Source: Candidatus Aminicenantales bacterium
GTDB taxonomy: Bacteria > Acidobacteriota > Aminicenantia > Aminicenantales > Aminicenantaceae
DNA: 64,000 nt
Direction of reading: 5' to 3'
Assembly: GCA_046760305.1 (NCBI GenBank)
Contig: JBHIDX010000001.1
Coordinates: 13,124-77,123, forward strand
Positions 27,616-34,642 of the stretch are shown in pieces. Under the pieces are notes generated by a model. The model had not been told where the DNA came from. It saw only the letters and a program-made list of their open reading frames with translations, and searched no databases. The position numbers and the translations under genes were made by a program. Numbering within the stretch: position 1 is the stretch's first letter; every line of letters begins with the position of its first letter.

Positions 27616-27666
27616 AAATCAGGGACATGTACCGAATTTCTGAAATCGGTACGTGTCCCTTGATTT
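27616..27666. repeat. ~51-nt imperfect palindromic (REP-like) element, copy A
   Basis: AAATCAGGGACATGTACCGAATTT-CTG-AAATCGGTACGTGTCCCTTGATTT folds into a hairpin of about 24 bp. By my manual alignment, 47 of 52 positions are identical to copy B at 53767-53818. Located between the ggt stop and the next gene. Confidence 0.8.
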
Positions 27667-27676
27667 TTGCTTTAGT

Positions 27677-29419
27677 TCAGTATCCGGCTCCGTAGCCGTC
27701 GCGCCTTGAGTCAGCTCCTCCAAGGAGAAGTTTTCCTCCTTTCAGAATCATAATCCCCTGGGCACCACCGAAGTAGGTATCATAATCTTCCATAACCCTG
27801 ATTCGGTTTCCTCTTTTTTTCAGTTCCTGAATGATACTTTCTGGAAATCGGCGCTCGAGCGAGATGCTCATTGCCTTTCCCTTTGATGAATAGGAGAAAA
27901 ATCGCGGAGCTTCGATAGCTTCGTCGAGTGAGAGGCCGAATTCAACCACGTTGAGAATAATCTGGGTCAGAGAGGAGAAGATTCTTGAACCGCCAGGAGA
28001 ACCGAGCACCAGGAAAGGCGTGCTTCCTTTGAAAATGACGAGCGGAGTCATGGAGCTTACCGGTCTTCTTCTTGGACGGGGAGCATTCAAGGATTCAGGG
28101 TCTGGTGTAAAATCTGCCATGAGGTTGTTCAGAAGAAAGCCTGTGTGCTCAGGTATTATTCCCGAACCGAAGAAGTAGTTTATCGATTGTGTCTGGGAGA
28201 CAATATTTCCCTCCGTGTCAATAACACAGAGATGGCTTGTGTTTCCCTCTGTGAGGGGTTTTTCGTCGAATTCACCCGGTGGATAGGAATTGAGGATTTG
28301 GTCGGGTTTTATCTTTCGTGCCAGGCGGCGAGCATATTCTTTAGAGGTAAGATCCTGAAGAGGTATGTGTACGTAGTCGGGGTCTCCCAGGTAGCGGGCT
28401 CTGTCGGCAAAGACAAGCCGGAGGGCTTCGCTCAGATGGTGAATGTAGAGAGGTCTGTTATGTCCCCATTTCCTCAGCGGCCAGTTTTCAACTATGTTGA
28501 GGAGCTGGATAGTATGAACTCCGCCCGAGCTTGGTGGAGGAATGGTGTAGAGGGTGAGGTTCTTGTAGTTTCCGACTAAAGGAGTCTGTTCACTGGGCCT
28601 GTATGAAGCCAGGTCAGAGAGAGTGAAAAGTCCTCCTTTCTCATTCACGGCAGAGACAATTTTTTTAGCCACTTCACCGGTGTAAAATTCTTGAATGCCT
28701 TTTGAAGCTAAAAGTCTGAAAGTTCGGGCCAGCTCAGGATTTCGGAAATAATCACCGGGCTCATAGGGGAAGCCCTGATTTAGGTAGACAGTCGACTCAC
28801 CTGCCATCTTAATCAGCTTATCATACTCATCCTTGTTAATTGTGCTGTAGGTGGCTCCAATCCTGAATCCCTTTTCCGCGATTTCTATGGCCGGTTGCAT
28901 GACCTCGGCCAGGCTTTTTGTTCCGTATTTTTCCAGGGCATACTGCCAGCCTGCAAGAGCACCAGGCACGGCAACGGCCAGGCCGTGCGCTTCCCTCAGC
29001 TCGGTTTTAACCTTTCCCTTCTCCCAGAACATGTCCGGAAAAGCTTTAGCTGGTGCTTTTTCTCGAAAATTAATGACGGTCGCTTTCTTCTCCGAGGCGA
29101 GGTAGATGAGCATGAACCCCCCTCCTCCTATACCCGAGGCAAAAGGTTCGGCCGCATTGAGAGCAAAGGAGGTGGCCACAGCCGCATCGATCGCATTTCC
29201 TCCCTGTTTAAGTATCTGAAGACCGGCTTCTGCGGCCAGGGGATGAGCAGCAACGACCATCCCTTTTCGGGCTCTAAAATTGTAAGGCTGGTGTCTGTCA
29301 GCAGGAGGGGGAGAGAATGACAGCCCTTCCGGGCGGCAGGAAAACGTGGAAAGAATAATGAACATAGCCAGGAAGCACTGAACAAGAGGTAAGATGGTAG
29401 AGAAGGTTTTATTCTTCAA
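27677..29419 (-). CDS. ggt: gamma-glutamyltransferase
   Basis: Signal peptide, autoprocessing/nucleophile region EGNTSHLCVIDTEGN, and GSPGGSRI. 580 aa. Confidence 0.95.
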   Translation of the reverse strand: MKNKTFSTILPLVQCFLAMFIILSTFSCRPEGLSFSPPPADRHQPYNFRARKGMVVAAHPLAAEAGLQILKQGGNAIDAAVATSFALNAAEPFASGIGGGGFMLIYLASEKKATVINFREKAPAKAFPDMFWEKGKVKTELREAHGLAVAVPGALAGWQYALEKYGTKSLAEVMQPAIEIAEKGFRIGATYSTINKDEYDKLIKMAGESTVYLNQGFPYEPGDYFRNPELARTFRLLASKGIQEFYTGEVAKKIVSAVNEKGGLFTLSDLASYRPSEQTPLVGNYKNLTLYTIPPPSSGGVHTIQLLNIVENWPLRKWGHNRPLYIHHLSEALRLVFADRARYLGDPDYVHIPLQDLTSKEYARRLARKIKPDQILNSYPPGEFDEKPLTEGNTSHLCVIDTEGNIVSQTQSINYFFGSGIIPEHTGFLLNNLMADFTPDPESLNAPRPRRRPVSSMTPLVIFKGSTPFLVLGSPGGSRIFSSLTQIILNVVEFGLSLDEAIEAPRFFSYSSKGKAMSISLERRFPESIIQELKKRGNRIRVMEDYDTYFGGAQGIMILKGGKLLLGGADSRRDGYGAGY

Positions 29420-29969
29420 GTTGTTCTTCCTCTTCCAGAAGGGATTCGATTTCCTCCTCTGTTGGGAGCTCTTTCAGGCTATTAAGACCGAAATAGATTA
29501 GAAATTTATCAGTGGTTCGGTAGAGGAGAGGTTTTCCGGGCGCTTTTTTCCTCCCAGAAATTTTTATCAGTTTCTTCTCCAGCAGTGTCTTAAGAGTGTG
29601 AGAGGAATCGACTCCTCTTATGGCTGAGATTTCAGCCAGGGTGACGGGTTGATGATAGGCGATGATGGAGAGAGTCTCGAGGGAGGCCGGTGATAATCTG
29701 TATTTCCTCTCGCTTCTCAGCAGGCGCCTCACGTAGGAGTCGTACTCGGAGCGGGTGGAAAAGAGAAAGCCACCCGCTGATTGGAGAATCTGGATTCCCC
29801 TGTCGTTAGAATTGTAACCAGTAAGAAGCTCTTCAACCGCTTTTTCGATTTCTTTTTCCGGGAATTCTTTGAGGATGTCTTTTATTTTATCCAGAGTTAA
29901 AGGTTCTAGAGAGATGAAAATCAGGCTTTCGATGACATTTTTTAATCTGTTCTTCATCCGTGTTTTCAT
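29409..29969 (-). CDS. scpB: segregation and condensation protein B
   Basis: ESLIFISLEPLTLDKI and two winged-helix repeats (IAYHQPVTLAEISAIRGV). Downstream of scpA. Confidence 0.92.
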   Translation of the reverse strand: MKTRMKNRLKNVIESLIFISLEPLTLDKIKDILKEFPEKEIEKAVEELLTGYNSNDRGIQILQSAGGFLFSTRSEYDSYVRRLLRSERKYRLSPASLETLSIIAYHQPVTLAEISAIRGVDSSHTLKTLLEKKLIKISGRKKAPGKPLLYRTTDKFLIYFGLNSLKELPTEEEIESLLEEEEQLEE

Positions 29970-29971
29970 GT

Positions 29972-30691
29972 CTAATGGTCTCGGGCCAGCCAGACCTTTA
30001 TAGAGTCGAAGAGTTGTTCCTGGAGAGCAACAACCACTCTGGCCCTGAGAAGCTCGAGAAGGCTGAAAAAGGAAACCAGGGCCTCCTCGAGTGATTCGTG
30101 CGTCGAAAAATAATGGACAAAGTCCAGAGATGAGTTTTTTTTGAGAAGTTCTACGATTTCCTTCATTTTCTCTTCAAGCGAATACTGTTTTCCTTTTATA
30201 ACATGCTTTTTTTCACTTTCTTTTCTTTTCATCAGGAAGAAAAAACGCTCGGCAAGGTCGAAAAGGGAGACTTCTTCAAGCTGTAGTTCCTCCTCTTCGA
30301 GCTTCACCGGGGAGAAATTCCGCTTCCACCTGAGCTGTTCTTCGCTCTCTCTCTGCCGTAAAATGGTGGACAGAGCTTTAATTTTCTGGTGCTCGAGGAG
30401 ACGGTCGACAAGAACCTGCCTTGGGTCTTCCTCTTCTTCTGGTCCTGGTTCACAAGGTAGGAGTATCTGTGATTTGATGTAGATGAGGAGCGCAGCCATG
30501 AGAAGAAATTCTGCTTCCCGGTCGAGGTTTATCTTTTCTTTTTTATCGAGGTAAGCCATGTATTCTCGGGTGATAGTAGCTATCGGAATCTGATTGATGT
30601 CAATTTTCTGCTTTTTAATCAAGAAAAGGAGAAGGTCGAGCGGCCCTTCAAATACCTTAAGCCTGACTTGATAGCTGTCTCTCGTTTCCAT
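29972..30691 (-). CDS. scpA: segregation and condensation protein A (kleisin)
   Basis: FEGPLDLLLFLIKKQKIDI N-terminal motif. ScpA-ScpB gene pair. Confidence 0.92.
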   Translation of the reverse strand: METRDSYQVRLKVFEGPLDLLLFLIKKQKIDINQIPIATITREYMAYLDKKEKINLDREAEFLLMAALLIYIKSQILLPCEPGPEEEEDPRQVLVDRLLEHQKIKALSTILRQRESEEQLRWKRNFSPVKLEEEELQLEEVSLFDLAERFFFLMKRKESEKKHVIKGKQYSLEEKMKEIVELLKKNSSLDFVHYFSTHESLEEALVSFFSLLELLRARVVVALQEQLFDSIKVWLARDH

Positions 30692-30711
30692 AAGAGAATT
30701 TCAAGCAGGGG

Positions 30712-31698
30712 CTAGAACCCGATGGCTGCCCTCACTTCTTCCATCGTTTTTTGAGCCACTTTTCTTGCTTTCCGGTTACCCTCCTCGAGGAAATCCCAGA
30801 TGATTTTCGGGTTTTTCTCATATTCTTTCCTTTTTATCTGGACAGGAGCAAGAAAAGCCTGAATACTTTCGATGAGAACGTTTTTGCACTCCAGACACCC
30901 GATTCCTGCTCTGCGGCAGCCGCTGGCCAGCTCTTCTCTCTTTTCTGGGGAAACAAATGCTTTGTGGAGCGTAAACACCGGACAATCATCTGGCTCTCCA
31001 GGATCGGTGCGCCTCTTTCTTCTGGTGTCTGTGACCATGGGCGATATTTTCTCCTTGATTGTTTGAGGTGAGTCGGTGAGATAAATCGCATTCCCGAGTG
31101 AGTTGCTCATCTTGCGGCCGTCAGTGCCGGCCAGCTTCGGTACCTCGGTGAGGAGTATCTGTGGTTCAGGAAAAACAGGCTTAAAAATCCTGTTGAAGCG
31201 GCGGACAATTTCTCGCGCAAGTTCAAGATGGTAAGCCTGGTCTTCTCCCACTGGAACAACCTCTGCTTTGTAGATGATGATATCCGCTGTCTGAAGAACC
31301 GGATAGCCAAGGAAGCCATAAGTGTTGAGGTCTTTATCCGGAGATTCCTTCTGTTTTTCCTTGAAAGTTGGAACCCTCTGCAGCCAGGGGAGAGGAATGA
31401 CCATGGAGAGGAGAAGATGGAGCTCGGCGTGCTCTTTTACTTCTGATTGGACGAAGATAACGCTTTTTTCAGGGTCAAGCCCCACACTCAGCCAGCCTGC
31501 TGCATAGTCGAAGATGTAATCCTTTATGATGTGTGAGTTCTGGTACTCTGAGCTCAGAGCATGCCAGGTGACGATGGAATAGAAGCACCTGTATGTCTCC
31601 TGCATAGCAATCCAGTTGCGGAGAGCTCCTGCATAATGGCCGAGGTGGAGAGGGCCTGTGGGCCTCATTCCACTGAGCACTGTCTTTCGTGCTTTCAT
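30712..31698 (-). CDS. trpS: tryptophan--tRNA ligase
   Basis: Class I motifs TGPLHLGHY (HIGH) and KMSNS (KMSKS), plus GEDQAYHLELAR. Confidence 0.96.
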   Translation of the reverse strand: MKARKTVLSGMRPTGPLHLGHYAGALRNWIAMQETYRCFYSIVTWHALSSEYQNSHIIKDYIFDYAAGWLSVGLDPEKSVIFVQSEVKEHAELHLLLSMVIPLPWLQRVPTFKEKQKESPDKDLNTYGFLGYPVLQTADIIIYKAEVVPVGEDQAYHLELAREIVRRFNRIFKPVFPEPQILLTEVPKLAGTDGRKMSNSLGNAIYLTDSPQTIKEKISPMVTDTRRKRRTDPGEPDDCPVFTLHKAFVSPEKREELASGCRRAGIGCLECKNVLIESIQAFLAPVQIKRKEYEKNPKIIWDFLEEGNRKARKVAQKTMEEVRAAIGF

Positions 31699-31699
31699 C

Positions 31700-32380
31700 T
31701 CAAGAAAATATCACTGCATGAATTATGAATTGGATGGGGGCAATAATCAGGTCAAGAAGACCTAGGTAAATCAATCCCAGAACAATGAGGAAACCAAAAG
31801 GCCTGAGACGCTCCACTTTCTGGGCTTTCTCTTCGGAAAGGATTCCCATCAGCACCCCTCCTCCATCGAGGGGGGGAATGGGAATAAGGTTGAACACGGC
31901 CAGATAGGCGTTTATGAGCACAGCGTAGAAGAGAACAAGAGCCAATCCTTCAAGGGGAAAAAACCCACGAGGGAATGATCCGTGTCTGTAGATAAAATCG
32001 TACAGAAAATATTTTACTCCTGGTTTAATCGCTTTGAGGATGGAGATGCAGATCACAGCCAGAGCTGAGACAGTGAGGTTGGAGAGAGGACCGGCTGCTG
32101 AAATCCAGAGGTTATCACGACGGGGATTCTTGAGGTTAAAGGGATTGACCGGAACAGGTTTGGCCCAGCCGAAGACAGGAGCACCAATAATAACCAGAAT
32201 AAGAGGGAAAAGAATTGTGCCTATGGGGTCGATATGAGCAAGAGGGTTGAGAGTAACTCTTCCCAGGTTGTAGGCAGTCGGGTCTCCCATTTTAAGGGCA
32301 GCCCAGCCGTGAGAAGCTTCATGAACGGTTATGGCAAAGAAAAGGACGAAAAGGCTGATGACAATAGTTACAACACCCAT
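31700..32380 (-). CDS. site-2 protease (M50) family membrane metalloprotease
   Basis: HEASHG (HExxH) in TM1 and NLIPIPPLDGG (the LDG motif). 226 aa. Confidence 0.9.
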   Translation of the reverse strand: MGVVTIVISLFVLFFAITVHEASHGWAALKMGDPTAYNLGRVTLNPLAHIDPIGTILFPLILVIIGAPVFGWAKPVPVNPFNLKNPRRDNLWISAAGPLSNLTVSALAVICISILKAIKPGVKYFLYDFIYRHGSFPRGFFPLEGLALVLFYAVLINAYLAVFNLIPIPPLDGGGVLMGILSEEKAQKVERLRPFGFLIVLGLIYLGLLDLIIAPIQFIIHAVIFS

Positions 32381-32468
32381 TTTAAACCAGAGCTATTTAT
32401 AACATAACCTCAGAGAACAGTAAACACTAAACAGAAGATAGCTCTGGGAGCAAGGCCAGAAATTTCTC

Positions 32469-33830
32469 TTATACCAGGCCCTGTTCCATCATGGCCTGGG
32501 CAATCTTCAGGAAGCCAGCAATGTTGGCACCGTTTACGTAGTTGCCCGGAGTTCTGTAAGCTTCAGCAGCTTGGGCAGCAGCTTTGTGAATGTTCTTCAT
32601 AATCTGATGTAATCGGTTATCAACTTCCTCTCTTGTCCAGCTCAGCCGCAGGTTGTTCTGTGACATCTCCAAACCAGAGACGGCAACACCGCCTGCGTTT
32701 GCAGCTTTCCCCGGACCAAACAGTATTTTGGCATCAAGGAAGAGTTTTATTCCTTCCAGTGTGGTGGGCATGTTTGCACCTTCAGACACGACGTAAACTC
32801 CGCCGTCAAGAAGATGCTGAGCATCTCTGGCGTTGATTTCGTTCTGAGTGGCGCTGGGGAAAGCACAATCAGCTTTATGAGTCCAGAGGGGATTGTAATC
32901 AAGGTTTGGGTCGCGTTCTGTATAGGTGGCGGTCTTGAATTCGTCTGCGTATTCCCTTATGCGGCCGCGGCGGATGTTCTTCAGTTCCATTACCCAGGCA
33001 AGCTTCTTGTCGTCAATTCCTTCAGGGTCGTAGACGTATCCGTTTGAGTCAGATAATGTCACCACTTTGCCGCCCAGCTGAATAATTTTTTCAACCGTGT
33101 ACTGGGCAACATTTCCACTTCCGGAAACAAGGCAGGTTTTTCCTTCCATGGTTTCATTTCTGGTCTGAAGCATTTCAGAGGCAAAATAGACTGCACCGTA
33201 ACCCGTAGCTTCAGGCCGTATGAGCGAGCCTCCCCAGGTAAGCCCTTTTCCGGTGAGAACACCGGTAAATTCGTTTTTCAGCTTTCTGTATTGGCCGAAC
33301 ATGTACCCTATTTCACGTCCACCAACGCCAATATCGCCTGCCGGTACGTCGGTGTCAGGACCGATGTGTCTGTAAAGCTCATTCATAAAACTCTGACAGA
33401 ACCACATTACCTCATTGTCAGATTTCCCTTTGGGATCGAAATTAGCGCCTCCTTTTCCAGCACCCATAGGAAGGGTCGTTAAGCTGTTCTTGAAAACCTG
33501 TTCGAAGGCAAGAAACTTAAGGATGCTGAGGTTGACTGTGGGGTGAAAACGCAGACCTCCTTTGTAAGGACCGATGGCACTGTTCATTTCGATTCTGTAG
33601 CCGCGGTTAACATGGATTTCACCTTTTTTATCCATCCAGGGAACACGAAAGATGATAACACGTTCAGGTTCTACTATTCTCTCCAGAATCTTGGCCTTCC
33701 TGAATTCGGGATGTCTTTCCATGACGAGTTCAAGAGATGTAACAACTTCTTCGACCGCCTGGTGAAATTCAGGTTCATTGGGGTTTTTTGCTTTTACTTC
33801 TGCCATAAAGTCAGAAACATAATTAGACAT
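32469..33830 (-). CDS. gdhA: NADP-specific glutamate dehydrogenase
   Basis: GPYKGGLRFHP, LPMGAGKGGANFDPKG, GSGNVAQY Rossmann loop. 453 aa. Confidence 0.96.
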   Translation of the reverse strand: MSNYVSDFMAEVKAKNPNEPEFHQAVEEVVTSLELVMERHPEFRKAKILERIVEPERVIIFRVPWMDKKGEIHVNRGYRIEMNSAIGPYKGGLRFHPTVNLSILKFLAFEQVFKNSLTTLPMGAGKGGANFDPKGKSDNEVMWFCQSFMNELYRHIGPDTDVPAGDIGVGGREIGYMFGQYRKLKNEFTGVLTGKGLTWGGSLIRPEATGYGAVYFASEMLQTRNETMEGKTCLVSGSGNVAQYTVEKIIQLGGKVVTLSDSNGYVYDPEGIDDKKLAWVMELKNIRRGRIREYADEFKTATYTERDPNLDYNPLWTHKADCAFPSATQNEINARDAQHLLDGGVYVVSEGANMPTTLEGIKLFLDAKILFGPGKAANAGGVAVSGLEMSQNNLRLSWTREEVDNRLHQIMKNIHKAAAQAAEAYRTPGNYVNGANIAGFLKIAQAMMEQGLV

Positions 33831-33878
33831 GAGACCTCTCCTTTTTTATTAATTTAAATAATATAATAGAATTTAATT

Positions 33879-33907
33879 TTATAACAAAGGTCAAAAACTT
33901 TTGTCAA
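33879..33907 (-). promoter_or_regulatory. candidate sigma70-type promoter for gdhA
   Basis: The minus strand reads TTGACA (33907-33902), 17 nt spacer, TTATAA (33884-33879), in an AT-rich tract. AGGAGAGG Shine-Dalgarno site before the ATG. Confidence 0.4.
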
Positions 33908-33908
33908 T

Positions 33909-34349
33909 TCAACCTTCGTTTTTTTCTTTTTCGGTTTCAAAATCCTCTTCCCAGGTAATGAAACTGTGGAAGAAGACTTTGTCTCCTTCATCTATACCTC
34001 GAGTGATTTCAGTGATGTGGGAAGTGGAGGCCTGGAAGCCTTCCACAGCAAAAATTACCGCTTTCTCAGGGTCTATATCCTCGCCGCAGGTGTAGATGTC
34101 CAAGGCCACATACTTCTCTTCGGGCCAGGTGTGAGTGGAAATGTGAGATTCAGAAATAACGACAACGCCACTTACTCCCTGAGGGGGGAATTTGCTGAAG
34201 GAGATCGACCACACTTGAGCTCCTGCTACCACGGCAGCCTTAACCAGGATTTCCTGAACCTTTTCCACGCTGCTGATTATTTTTGGGTTGCAGCCAGAGG
34301 CCTCGACGATGTAATGATGGCCAAGAGTGTGGTGATTTTTTTTGGGCAT
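33909..34349 (-). CDS. speH: S-adenosylmethionine decarboxylase proenzyme (small prokaryotic class)
   Basis: Self-processing/pyruvoyl site VVISESHISTHTWPE. 146 aa. Confidence 0.93.
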   Translation of the reverse strand: MPKKNHHTLGHHYIVEASGCNPKIISSVEKVQEILVKAAVVAGAQVWSISFSKFPPQGVSGVVVISESHISTHTWPEEKYVALDIYTCGEDIDPEKAVIFAVEGFQASTSHITEITRGIDEGDKVFFHSFITWEEDFETEKEKNEG

Positions 34350-34371
34350 CTTTTTCCTGTGTGAGTATTAC

Positions 34372-34399
34372 ATTATGGCAAATTTTTTAGGTGTGTCAA
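34372..34399 (-). promoter_or_regulatory. candidate sigma70-type promoter for speH
   Basis: The minus strand reads TTGACA (34399-34394), 16 nt spacer, CATAAT (34377-34372). Confidence 0.4.
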
Positions 34400-34607
34400 G
34401 AAGAAAGAAAAGAGCATAGGATGTAAAATATGTTTACATGTTTTTTAAACTTTTGCCAATTTAAATTTAATCTCCGGCTTAGATTCATTTTTTTTGGAGC
34501 AAAGTTTATCTCCTGATTCACAATTCCTGAGTGCCTGGAACTGGGAAAGTCGAGGGTAATAGAGTATAATTATCACAAGGCAGAGAAAGAGCAGGTTTGC
34601 TTCAAAC

Positions 34608-34623
34608 TGGCATGAAAAATGCT
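34608..34623 (+). promoter_or_regulatory. candidate sigma54 (-24/-12) promoter upstream of the M1 peptidase gene
   Basis: CTGGCATGAAAAATGCT compared with the consensus YTGGCACG-N4-TTGCW. GG and GC are exactly 10 nt apart. Located 20 nt upstream of the ATG at 34643, which implies a very short leader without a Shine-Dalgarno site. Confidence 0.4.
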
Positions 34624-34642
34624 TTTTCTTTAGTATGAAAAA

